Positions 37,343 to 46,422 of a stretch of 64,000 nucleotides of DNA are shown in pieces. Location of the stretch: assembly GCA_964462875.1 (NCBI GenBank), contig CAYWZQ010000001.1, positions 132,910 through 196,909 on the forward strand, written 5' to 3'. A model generated the notes under the pieces. That model saw nothing but the letters and a program-made list of their open reading frames with translations. It did not search any database and had not been told where the DNA came from. This stretch comes from an uncultured Nitrososphaerota archaeon. Lineage in GTDB: Archaea > Thermoproteota > Methanomethylicia > Culexarchaeales > Culexmicrobiaceae. Each line of letters starts with the position of its first letter. The stretch's first letter is position 1. The translations under genes were made by a program, and so were the position numbers.

Positions 37343-37981
37343 CTAGGCCAGCTCACTGATCACCTTTGAAGATTCAAGCTCACTAAATATTTGTGGCAAA
37401 AACTCCCTAATCAACTCCTCCTTAACACCAATATTTAGCAAGCGCTCTCTAACTTCATCGAACCCTAAACCCCTCTTAACCCACTTAATGGTCAAGCTCT
37501 TTATGGTTTCATAAGGCTCCCACGGATATATTATCCAGGCATCAGTCTCAACCATATAGTAGTCTGGAACAAAGGTTGTCCAAGGCTTAACGTGGATGGT
37601 TGCAACCCTAATTTCAGCAGCCCCCTCCTCAATTAAGTGCTTAACAGCTGCAGTTAAGCTACTCCCAGTATCAGAGACATCATCAGACACCAAAACCCTC
37701 TTTCCCCTAACACTAGTTGAAACTGGCTGTGTTATGACTGGAGTTCTAGCAACTTCCGCTACATCCTTATAGAAGACAATTCTGATACTGGCAATTTCCG
37801 GCACTTCAAGTAAATCGGATAATAACCTCGCAACAATCCATCCTCCCCTAGCAATCCCCACAATAACCTCCGGCTTAAATCCACTAGCCCTAATTTTCTT
37901 GGCCAACCCTATGATTAGCATGTGAATTTCATCCCAACTTGGAACTATGAATTTCATTCGCTCCAAAGCCAACACCAGCAC
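37343..37981 (-). CDS. purine phosphoribosyltransferase family protein
   Basis: PRPP-binding motif KRVLVSDDVSDTGSSL. IVGIARGGW. Confidence 0.6.
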   Translation of the reverse strand: MLVLALERMKFIVPSWDEIHMLIIGLAKKIRASGFKPEVIVGIARGGWIVARLLSDLLEVPEIASIRIVFYKDVAEVARTPVITQPVSTSVRGKRVLVSDDVSDTGSSLTAAVKHLIEEGAAEIRVATIHVKPWTTFVPDYYMVETDAWIIYPWEPYETIKSLTIKWVKRGLGFDEVRERLLNIGVKEELIREFLPQIFSELESSKVISELA

Positions 37982-37990
37982 TAACCGTAT

Positions 37991-38671
37991 TCAAGAAGAG
38001 CTTTTAGAGCTTTCTATGAAATTATATCCCAGCTCAAATGCCCTCAAATTAGGTTCGATGTACCTTCTAGGGATAATCATTTGAATCGACTTGACCACTG
38101 CCTCGCGATTCACTATGTCTTTGAAGAGCGCTGAGAAGACACCTGCTAAAACCACGTTTACTGAGGCAGCTAGACCAGCTTTAAGAGCAAGCTCATAGGC
38201 ATCTAGAAAGCATGCTTTACTTGAAATTCTCTCTAGAAACTTCTTAACCTCATCTAGAGAGGGAAGAAGTTCTAAGCCGAGAACCGTTGATAATGGGGGT
38301 ATTGTGCGCTCATTAACTATGACAACCGTTTTACTTGAAATGTACCTTGAAGCCCTCAATGCCTCAACGTAGTCCAGCGATATCAGTGCATCCGCCGACC
38401 CAGCCTCGATTAAAGGACTATGAACATCACTACCGAACTTAACATAGCTTTGAACCACACCTCCCCTCTGACTCATACCCAAGGTCTCACCAACCCTGAC
38501 AGAGTAGCCCATTAAGATAGCTGACTGGGCAATTATTCGGGAGAGCGTAAGTACGCCTTGACCACCAACACCGCTAATTACTAAATTGAATCGAGTCACC
38601 AAGCTACACCACCTCAATAGCACCAACTGGACATGCATAAGCACAAACGCCGCAGCCAATACATAAATCAT
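37991..38671 (-). CDS. iorB: indolepyruvate:ferredoxin oxidoreductase beta subunit
   Basis: Pyruvate/ketoisovalerate oxidoreductase gamma-type domain GVGGQGVLT. Adjacent to iorA. Confidence 0.6.
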   Translation of the reverse strand: MIYVLAAAFVLMHVQLVLLRWCSLVTRFNLVISGVGGQGVLTLSRIIAQSAILMGYSVRVGETLGMSQRGGVVQSYVKFGSDVHSPLIEAGSADALISLDYVEALRASRYISSKTVVIVNERTIPPLSTVLGLELLPSLDEVKKFLERISSKACFLDAYELALKAGLAASVNVVLAGVFSALFKDIVNREAVVKSIQMIIPRRYIEPNLRAFELGYNFIESSKSSS

Positions 38672-40454
38672 AATTGATTACTGGACCCTCAGCAGACCAT
38701 GCCATTGCTGGGCACCCTAAGCTTAGAATGCAGCTCTTACACTTAATACATCGATCATAATTCACCTTCACTTCATGAAGCTTGATACCTCTCCTTCTCG
38801 CAAGTAGAGCGCACTCCCTCCTCGACACTACGAAGAAGACACCATTCCTATTGCTCAAAGCCTCCTTAAACACTTTGATAGCTGCATCGACATCATATGG
38901 ATCTACAACTCTAACCTCCTTAACTCCAATGCCCTCAGCAACCTTGGCAATATCAATTTTCACGGCACTAGATCCATCAGCTCTCACAGCAACTCCCGGA
39001 TGAGGTTGATGGCCAGTCATGGCCGTAGTCTCATTATCTAAAACCACTACTACTACATTTAAATTGAAGTGAACCGCGTCTACTAGTGCAGGTAGACCTG
39101 CATGGAAAAACGTTGAGTCCCCAATTGTTGCAACAACGGGCTTTTCATAACCAGCATACTTCAACCCCATGGCCATGGAAATGCTGGCACCCATACAGTG
39201 CTCAGTCCATATGGCCTCGAGGGGTTTCTGAAGACTTAAAGCATAGCAACCTATATCCCCAAAAATGGGCACTTCATCTAGTTTATAGCCCAGCTCGCTA
39301 ATTGCCCTTTTAAGAGCATAATACGTAGCCCTATGGGGGCAGCCGGGACACATTGGAGGAGGCCTCGATGGAACAGAGGCCTTCTCAACCTGAGCTAAAG
39401 AGTACTCAGCATCCGAGAATTCTGCTAGGGCACGCTTAACGATCTCAATATTCAGCTCACCTTCCCTCGGTATGGGCATTCCACTCATTTTACCATGCAC
39501 TTCAATTCCGCTAAGCTTAGATGTGGTGAGCAAAGCTCTTAATCTCATTTCAATAAACGGCTCAAGCTCCTCAACAATTAGAACTTTTCTGGATGATTCC
39601 AGCTCATTAAGGAGTGTTTTATATGGTAAAGGATTTGTAATTCCAAGCTTCAGAACCTTGACGCCATTCAAGTGCATCTCCTCAATTGCCTCAATAACGT
39701 ACGTATAGGATACTCCTGATGTAACTACTAATTTCTCTCCTTCACCTATAACCTTGTTCAATGGGCATTCTTCAGCATAGAGCTCCGCAATCCTCATTTG
39801 CTCATTCAACCACTTATGCCTAATCAAGTTCCATTTCATTGAAGCACGCACATATCTTGGTAGGTCTCTTGGAAATCTCGGACTCCTAGTAATTTTCTTA
39901 ACTTCACCTAGTACAACGTCACCGGATGTGTGATTGACTCTTGTAGTCGTCCTTAATATTACTGGTAAGTGAATTTTCTCTGAGAGATCAAAAGCCCATA
40001 CTACACCGTCCTTAGCTTCCTGCGGATCTGATGGCTCGATCATTGGTAGGTTGGTTAGTAGAGCATAGAAGCGGCTATCCTGCTCAGTCTGGGTTGTATG
40101 GGGACCTGGATCATCGGCTATTAAGACCACCATTCCCCCATTAACACCACAATAGGCCGCTGACATGAGTGCATCGGAAGCCACATTGACACCTGGAGCC
40201 TTCATCGTCACCAAAGACCTTAAGCCGGCGGAGGAAGCTGCTAAGGCAACTTCAAAAGCTACCTTCTCATTAGCAAACCAATCAACTCTAATGCCAAGTT
40301 CACTAGCAACTTCAGAGAGAGCCATTATAACCTCAGATGAAGGAGTCCCCGGATAACCAGTAACAACATGAACTCCGGCCTCAATTGCCCCTCTGGCAAT
40401 AGCTTCATTTCCCATTAGAAGCACACGTGAACCAGGTTCACCGAGAAGCCTCAA
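38604..40454 (-). CDS. iorA: indolepyruvate:ferredoxin oxidoreductase alpha subunit
   Basis: TPP-binding domains plus C-terminal 2x[4Fe-4S] CIKCKSCILSLGCP...CIGCGVCAYACP. 616 aa. Confidence 0.75.
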   Translation of the reverse strand: MRLLGEPGSRVLLMGNEAIARGAIEAGVHVVTGYPGTPSSEVIMALSEVASELGIRVDWFANEKVAFEVALAASSAGLRSLVTMKAPGVNVASDALMSAAYCGVNGGMVVLIADDPGPHTTQTEQDSRFYALLTNLPMIEPSDPQEAKDGVVWAFDLSEKIHLPVILRTTTRVNHTSGDVVLGEVKKITRSPRFPRDLPRYVRASMKWNLIRHKWLNEQMRIAELYAEECPLNKVIGEGEKLVVTSGVSYTYVIEAIEEMHLNGVKVLKLGITNPLPYKTLLNELESSRKVLIVEELEPFIEMRLRALLTTSKLSGIEVHGKMSGMPIPREGELNIEIVKRALAEFSDAEYSLAQVEKASVPSRPPPMCPGCPHRATYYALKRAISELGYKLDEVPIFGDIGCYALSLQKPLEAIWTEHCMGASISMAMGLKYAGYEKPVVATIGDSTFFHAGLPALVDAVHFNLNVVVVVLDNETTAMTGHQPHPGVAVRADGSSAVKIDIAKVAEGIGVKEVRVVDPYDVDAAIKVFKEALSNRNGVFFVVSRRECALLARRRGIKLHEVKVNYDRCIKCKSCILSLGCPAMAWSAEGPVINYDLCIGCGVCAYACPVGAIEVV

Positions 40455-40474
40455 GATTCAACCTCCATTAAATT

Positions 40475-41875
40475 CTAGCTTCCAAATTTAAACTTAATTC
40501 TACCATACTCTAAAAGAGCTTTCAGTATTTTAGCCGCGATCCTAGTTGACTGAACATGAAAAATACCATTTCTATCGAGCACCTTAATGCCATCCTCAAC
40601 AACATCCCCATATAAGAAACAGGCAATCAATGGTTTTGCTGGATTAGCAGAATAGGCATCACACACAGCCTTTGCAACTTCAATTGAACTCTTAAAGCTT
40701 GGAGGAACAAATATCACTAGAACACCATCATACTCATCTGACATCAAAATTACATCCAGTACTCTGCGATACCACTCGTAATTGGCAACTGCAGTTAAGT
40801 CTATTGGATTTCTAATGGAGCAATAGCTTGGCAGAATACTCCTCAGCTTTGACATCAGCTCGCCTGATGGCTCCGGCACACTCAATCCAAGCTCCTCACA
40901 CTCATCAGTTGCCAGCACTGCTGGACCGCCGGAATTCGTTACTATTGCAATTCTCCTCCCCCTAAGTATTGGAAGCTGGGACAGGGCTTTACATGAAAAG
41001 AAGAGCTCGTCAATAGTTGAAACCTGAATTATTCCTGCCTGCTTGAAAGCGGCGTCATATATTGCTTGAGAAGTAGAAATCTTACCCGTATGCGACTGCG
41101 CAGCTCTCGCCCCAGCACTCGACCTACCAGCTTTAAGTGCTACAATAGGTTTTTTCGGCGAAATTTTCTTAGCCACTCTAATTAGATCCCGACCCCTCCT
41201 AACAACCTCAACATACATTGCTATAACCTTGGTCTCATCATCCAATCCCAAGTACTCGAGAACTTCAACCTCATCCACATCACAGGAGTTTCCGCAACTT
41301 ATGAACTTGCTAAATCCAACATTAAAAGCCCTAGCATAAGCAAATAGAACACCACCAACAGCTCCACTCTGAGAAATTAGGGAGATAGGCCCCCTAGAAA
41401 CCCTGTACTCGAGGCAGGCATGAAGATTAACAGACGAATTTATTACACCAGCACTATTTGGCCCAATAACTCTAATTCCACCCCTCCTAGCAACTTCAAC
41501 TACCTGCTTCTCAAGCTCGTAATTGCCGATCTCACTAAAACCCGCAGAAATAATTACAGCACCTCTAACACCCCTCTCAGCACACTCACTCAGCACTTGG
41601 GGCACAACCCTAGCTGGAGTACATATTACAGCTAGCTCCGGTGTCGATGGAACCTCAAGCACTGAAGTATAGACTTTAAGACCGAGAATTTCACCACCCT
41701 TCGGATTCACCGGGTAAATACGGCCTTTGAAGCCAGCCACGATCATATTCCTCAACACTTCATACCCTATCTTGCCGGGCTCACTTGAAGCACCTATTAC
41801 AGCAACACTACTTGGTTTGAGAAAACCCTCAAGCTCATGTGAACTATTCCTCAAAAGACACCTCCACCCCCTCAA
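40475..41875 (-). CDS. ADP-forming acyl-CoA synthetase (NDP-forming, alpha/CoA-binding)
   Basis: CoA-binding PSSVAVIGASSEPGKIGY. Succinyl-CoA-ligase-like fold. 466 aa. Confidence 0.7.
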   Translation of the reverse strand: MRGWRCLLRNSSHELEGFLKPSSVAVIGASSEPGKIGYEVLRNMIVAGFKGRIYPVNPKGGEILGLKVYTSVLEVPSTPELAVICTPARVVPQVLSECAERGVRGAVIISAGFSEIGNYELEKQVVEVARRGGIRVIGPNSAGVINSSVNLHACLEYRVSRGPISLISQSGAVGGVLFAYARAFNVGFSKFISCGNSCDVDEVEVLEYLGLDDETKVIAMYVEVVRRGRDLIRVAKKISPKKPIVALKAGRSSAGARAAQSHTGKISTSQAIYDAAFKQAGIIQVSTIDELFFSCKALSQLPILRGRRIAIVTNSGGPAVLATDECEELGLSVPEPSGELMSKLRSILPSYCSIRNPIDLTAVANYEWYRRVLDVILMSDEYDGVLVIFVPPSFKSSIEVAKAVCDAYSANPAKPLIACFLYGDVVEDGIKVLDRNGIFHVQSTRIAAKILKALLEYGRIKFKFGS

Positions 41876-42165
41876 CCGCCATGCACTGTTGGTAGCAAAA
41901 CTACAGTATCCCCGTCACGAACCACCGTATCCAAGCCGTCAAGAGCAGAAATCTCCACATCATTTACGAGCACGAGAATATCTGATTGAAGCTCCATAGA
42001 GCCCTGCTTGAAAAGCCTCTCCATAAGCTTATCGCTCGAAACTTCATGAAGCTTGCTAAGCACATCACGCACAGTTAATCCATCACCATCAACACTAATC
42101 TCAATTACATCTCTACCTGCAAGCCTACCTAGTGTTGCAATCAGCTTCACTTTAATAGCTGCCAT
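41872..42165 (-). CDS. MoaD/ThiS-family ubiquitin-like small protein
   Basis: Ends ...VVLLPTVHGG. Start taken at MAAIKVKL (the track ORF extends to 42201). Confidence 0.55.
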   Translation of the reverse strand: MAAIKVKLIATLGRLAGRDVIEISVDGDGLTVRDVLSKLHEVSSDKLMERLFKQGSMELQSDILVLVNDVEISALDGLDTVVRDGDTVVLLPTVHGG

Positions 42166-42166
42166 C

Positions 42167-43006
42167 TCAGACACCTTCAAAAACGTACAGGTACTCTTCA
42201 TACCTCCTACCCTTAAATACTTGAGGTGGAAGCAGTCTACCCCTTCTAGCCCTAACCAGCCTTAGAAAGAGCTCATTTGCCTCCTCGCAGTCATTGAGCA
42301 TAAGCATCCTTAGCGGAACATTAAGGGAGAGGGGTCTAAATGGAATGACGTGCCTAGTTGACTTATGTGGAAACACGCTACCTGAAAGAGCCACTCTAAC
42401 CACTTGATCCTTTGAAATCAGTGGTAAACCTATAACTGCAGTGCACTCACCCATATTCAGCTTAACAAGTGCATCCCCTTCAACCTCATATCCAATGTTA
42501 AAGCCCAGCTTCTTAAGCTCATGCTCAAGCGCTTTCATCTTCAAATGGGAATCGTAAACGCCGCTCGACTCTACTTCAACAATCTCATCCATAAGAAATA
42601 TTGCTGGAAGCCTCACCGACTCCAAGCTACTTGGTCTAGACCTAATTTGAAACTTGAAGTTAAGGTTCTTAAGGACATCATAAATGAGGGATACATCACC
42701 CTTAACAGTTCTCCACCAAGTATTCACTGCAACCCTCGGATCACTATAGTCAATGAAGCAGACAGCTATGAGCTTACAGCCAATAGCCTTGAGAGCCTCT
42801 ATTCTATGCATTCCATCAAGTACAACCATGCTATTCTCATCAACAATCACTGGATCCCTCTGAACACCCTCACGCTTAATCTGCTCAATAAGCTTTTCAA
42901 GTAATTCAGGCACGACCTCCTCATGTATATGCAGGTTTTCCAGCTTCTCGAGCTTCAGCCTCACCCTGAAATTTAATTGGCATAGCTCGTAGAAGCTCGA
43001 TGACAA
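42167..43006 (-). CDS. ParB/Srx-superfamily-like domain protein (DGxHR motif)
   Basis: VVLDGMHRIEALKAIG. 279 aa. Family not securely assigned. Confidence 0.3.
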   Translation of the reverse strand: MSSSFYELCQLNFRVRLKLEKLENLHIHEEVVPELLEKLIEQIKREGVQRDPVIVDENSMVVLDGMHRIEALKAIGCKLIAVCFIDYSDPRVAVNTWWRTVKGDVSLIYDVLKNLNFKFQIRSRPSSLESVRLPAIFLMDEIVEVESSGVYDSHLKMKALEHELKKLGFNIGYEVEGDALVKLNMGECTAVIGLPLISKDQVVRVALSGSVFPHKSTRHVIPFRPLSLNVPLRMLMLNDCEEANELFLRLVRARRGRLLPPQVFKGRRYEEYLYVFEGV

Positions 43007-43024
43007 GTACTCACCTCGCTAAAC

Positions 43025-44281
43025 TTGGTCAGTGGAGGTACATTACTTCATCAAGCTCAGCGCAGGCCAGTATCATCATCCCCAACTTTAATTTACAGCA
43101 ACTCACTTAAAAACGTGGGGCTCAAATTGAATTTCAAAAATGCCCTTCTGAAGAAAATACTCATGAAAAGCGAATTGGAGCAGAGACTTCCAATTCAATC
43201 CCTAAGAAAGGCTCGCAGCGATGGGCATGCCAGGAGGAGGCCGAGGCCATGTGGCTTAACAATTCATTCAGCCATTGGATGCCCAAATAAATGCCTATAC
43301 TGCTATATTCAGGATATGGGCTTCGACTTCATAGAGGCAAGACCATATGGACTCACAGGTGAAGAACTCGCATATGCGCTCATCCTCAACCCCTACTTCG
43401 TGCCGGGGATATGGGGAACCTTTCTCGCATTTGGAAGCATAGCCGACCCATTCAATAAAAATGTGATCGAAAAAACCCTCGAGTACTTCAATGCAATTGA
43501 AAAGCTTGGAAATCCATGCCAATTCTCAACCAAGGCATATATAAGGCCGGAAACAATTAAGAGGCTGAGCAGTATAAGGCTCCCCATAAACCCTCTCATA
43601 ACAATAGTAACTATAAAGAGAGCAAATAAACTTGAACCCAATGCACCAACAGTTGAAAGTAGATTGAAAACCATTAAAAACCTCAAAAGTGCAGGATTTA
43701 AGCCGATGCTATTTCTCAGACCAATAATACCTGGCGTAAATGATGATGAATTCGATGAAATATTTAAGGAGGCTAAGAGAGCTGGAGCAGTGGGAGCAGT
43801 AATTGGAGGATTCAGAGTAACTAAGAGAATAATTGAAAGACTTCAAAGAGCTGGATTTGACATTAAACAAATAATTAAGAGGAAGCCCAAGAAAGCAGTA
43901 TTGAGTGAAGAGCAAATTCCAATAAAAATCTCCGATCTTAAAAGGAAGGCAATTCACCAAGCAAAAAGGAGAGGCTTAATAGCATTCGCATCTGCATGTT
44001 GCGCAAATGCATATAACGCGGGAGTACCATGCCCAAATCTCTGCTGGTTAAAGGGGCAATGCACTAACTGCCCAAATAAATGTGCAGATAAAGTACCCAG
44101 CATAAGTGAAAGTGAAGTAGCCGATCTAATAAAAATGCTAACTAAAAGAAAAATTGAAGATGCTTCAGTTGAGGACTCCAAAGTAACTGTTAAGATTGGA
44201 TTCAAGATGAGCAGGAGGGAAATGGAGACTATAAAGTACGTGATACAGCTATTCACTAGGAGGAGAGTGCTTATGAGATGA
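43025..44281 (+). CDS. radical SAM protein (SplB/DNA-repair-photolyase-like)
   Basis: CPNKCLYCY (CX3CX2C). Start likely downstream of 43025. Confidence 0.5.
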   Translation: MVSGGTLLHQAQRRPVSSSPTLIYSNSLKNVGLKLNFKNALLKKILMKSELEQRLPIQSLRKARSDGHARRRPRPCGLTIHSAIGCPNKCLYCYIQDMGFDFIEARPYGLTGEELAYALILNPYFVPGIWGTFLAFGSIADPFNKNVIEKTLEYFNAIEKLGNPCQFSTKAYIRPETIKRLSSIRLPINPLITIVTIKRANKLEPNAPTVESRLKTIKNLKSAGFKPMLFLRPIIPGVNDDEFDEIFKEAKRAGAVGAVIGGFRVTKRIIERLQRAGFDIKQIIKRKPKKAVLSEEQIPIKISDLKRKAIHQAKRRGLIAFASACCANAYNAGVPCPNLCWLKGQCTNCPNKCADKVPSISESEVADLIKMLTKRKIEDASVEDSKVTVKIGFKMSRREMETIKYVIQLFTRRRVLMR

Positions 44282-44553
44282 GGAAGTTGAGAATAGAAGT
44301 TAGCGGAGATCCTGAAAATTACGCATGCATAACAGCTTACCTATGGCTTCTCGAACTTACACAAATAATAGCAGATGAATTTAATACTGAAGTAGAAGTA
44401 GAATGGAGTAAGCAAGTATATCAATTTGAGCCAACAATTCTAATTAACGGTGAAGTAGTATTTGAGGGGCTTCCAAGCGAAGCAGGATACCTCTATGAAG
44501 CCATAAAGGCATTTTTAGAGAAGAAGCTGAAAAGCCAAACCACCAACTACTAA
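44278..44553 (+). CDS. hypothetical protein
   Basis: 91 aa, 4-nt overlap with the upstream gene. Confidence 0.3.
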   Translation: MRKLRIEVSGDPENYACITAYLWLLELTQIIADEFNTEVEVEWSKQVYQFEPTILINGEVVFEGLPSEAGYLYEAIKAFLEKKLKSQTTNY

Positions 44554-44804
44554 TCCTCACTTTCACCCGATTCTTCAAGCTCCTCTCGAGCCTTAGCCTG
44601 CCTCACTCTCATTTTAACCAGCCGAGTAATGTATCCAGCAACCCTATTCCTAAACCTCTTAGAAGCAATATCAGTTAGCTCGGCCACAAGCCTCTTATTA
44701 GCCTCAAAATCTAAAGTGAACTTATCAGGGTATTTTTCAAGCAGCTCTCGAGCAAGCCTCTTAACAGCACTAGGTCTCACCTTCCCCATGATCGTACCCC
44801 GCAA
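44550..44804 (-). CDS. rps17e: 30S ribosomal protein S17e
   Basis: [35 protein letters not shown]. Confidence 0.8.
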   Translation of the reverse strand: MRGTIMGKVRPSAVKRLARELLEKYPDKFTLDFEANKRLVAELTDIASKRFRNRVAGYITRLVKMRVRQAKAREELEESGESED

Positions 44805-44910
44805 CTATAATCGACATTCAAACAGAGATTTAAATACTTCGCCGTGATTCAAGAACACCATGCGAAGGTATTTAACCGAAAAATAAAAAATAATTTTTGG
44901 GTGTCAAGCG

Positions 44911-45141
44911 GTGCCTGAACTCCCTTTAGCACCCGTTGATAGACTAATAAGAAAAGCTGGCGCTTATAGAGTTAGCGAAAAGGCTGCTCAAGCTCTAAGA
45001 GAAATTCTCGAGGAAATAGCTATTGAAATTTCCAGAGAGGCGATTGAACTCGCAAATCACGCTAATAGAAGAACCGTTACAGATGAGGATATTAAGCTCG
45101 CAGCGAAAAGAATTCTGAGACTAATGAGATATACTATGTAA
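44911..45141 (+). CDS. archaeal histone
   Basis: LPLAPVDRLIRKAGAYRVSEKAAQALREILEEIAIEISREAIELANHANRRTVTDEDIKLA aligns with the HMfB histone fold. Confidence 0.75.
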   Translation: MPELPLAPVDRLIRKAGAYRVSEKAAQALREILEEIAIEISREAIELANHANRRTVTDEDIKLAAKRILRLMRYTM

Positions 45142-45227
45142 ATTTTCACTAAGCCAACAACACTTAATAAGCTCTCTAGCAGAATTAAATAGAGCAGGCT
45201 AGAGCATAAACCGTAAGGTGATTAGCC

Positions 45228-45467
45228 ATGGAAATCGAAGTACCCGAAGCCAAAGTCAAACCACCAATGCTCGTTAAATACGGCAAAGTCGTTAAGCCAT
45301 GGAGGAGGGGTAGGGGATTCAGCATAGGCGAACTCAGACAGGCAGGCATCTCAATTAGCGAAGCAAGAAAACTGGGAATTAGAATCGATAAGAGAAGGAA
45401 AAGCATACATGAAGAAAACGTTCAAGCCCTAAAAGAATTCCTAGCGAAATGGGGAAATAAAAAATAG
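45228..45467 (+). CDS. rpl13e: 50S ribosomal protein L13e
   Basis: RRGRGFSIGELRQAGI motif of the eukaryote/archaeal L13e. Confidence 0.65.
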   Translation: MEIEVPEAKVKPPMLVKYGKVVKPWRRGRGFSIGELRQAGISISEARKLGIRIDKRRKSIHEENVQALKEFLAKWGNKK

Positions 45468-45492
45468 ATTCCAAACAAAGAACTATGTGAAA

Positions 45493-45604
45493 GCCGGGGT
45501 AGCCTAGTGGTAAGGCGCAGGCCTCGAGATCAAAAAGATAATGGGGCTAGAAAGCCTGTGCCCGCTCAGCGGGCTCGCGGGTTCGAATCCCGCCCCCGGC
45601 GCCA
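45493..45604 (+). tRNA. tRNA-Ser (anticodon CGA) with about 25-nt intron at the canonical 37/38 position and long variable arm
   Basis: GCCGGGG acceptor. Anticodon arm CAGGC-CUCGAG[intron]A-GCCUG. Variable arm UGCCCGCUCAGCGGGCUC. T arm GCGGG-UUCGAAU-CCCGC. CCA. Confidence 0.75.
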
Positions 45605-45862
45605 CTCCAATTCAAGTTAAATTTCCACAAGTACAGAGAGCTTCATGCACCAAGCTATACAAGTCATCCATACCAACTTCCAGTCTTAGCTGACACTAAA
45701 ACAATTCTAGATGCCTGGGAGAGCCTCCTAACAATACTACTGCAACTCAAGGCTAAGTCGACAAAAGCACTACTTTCAACCCTAATCTTTCTCCTCAAAT
45801 ACTTATAGTTGCTTAACAGTCTAACTGATTTGCCCCTGAACGTTCAATTAAATAAGCTTTAT

Positions 45863-46075
45863 TTACCACAGTGACCATTGAAACCTCAATTGCGCAGCAA
45901 CTGCAAGCATGATGGCAACCACTAGCCCAGATAGAGAAATAGTTAATAGCGGATCTACTATGAAAACTGACACAGCTAAATCAACTGAGCTGAGCTTCTT
46001 CACAATTTTAGGTCCGAAGGACCTGAACACGAATATCTCCATCTGACTGAGAGCATCAATTAGAACATAATCCAT
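45863..46075 (-). CDS. small hydrophobic hypothetical protein (doubtful)
   Basis: 70-aa ORF in low-coding DNA downstream of tRNA-Ser. Confidence 0.2.
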   Translation of the reverse strand: MDYVLIDALSQMEIFVFRSFGPKIVKKLSSVDLAVSVFIVDPLLTISLSGLVVAIMLAVAAQLRFQWSLW

Positions 46076-46288
46076 ATTTTCCCTCTCAATTCAGTTCAAT
46101 AACTCATCTACATGATCTCCAATGAGCTTCGAAGCCCGAATCATGGCGCCATTAGGCCCCAATCCCCCCTATCCATTAAATCTTGAGTAGTAAAAAATTC
46201 CTGATATCGAAGTCAGGTTTATATGGAGTGTACCTGCAACCTGGTCAAGACTTACATAGCCAATTTGGGATCCAGTGCTTGAAGATAA

Positions 46289-46357
46289 TCATTCACAGAA
46301 AGCCTTCGTTAACAATGACTTCCCAATTCCAGCTGTGCCAATGAAAACCACTAGCAT
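46289..46357 (-). pseudogene. P-loop NTPase gene fragment
   Basis: MLVVFIGTAGIGKSLLTKAFCE then stop. Walker A only. Confidence 0.25.
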
Positions 46358-46422
46358 AAAGCTTCACCCTCCAATACTGGTACCCTATAGAAGCATCAAG
46401 CTCAACAGTTAACTCTTTCCAT

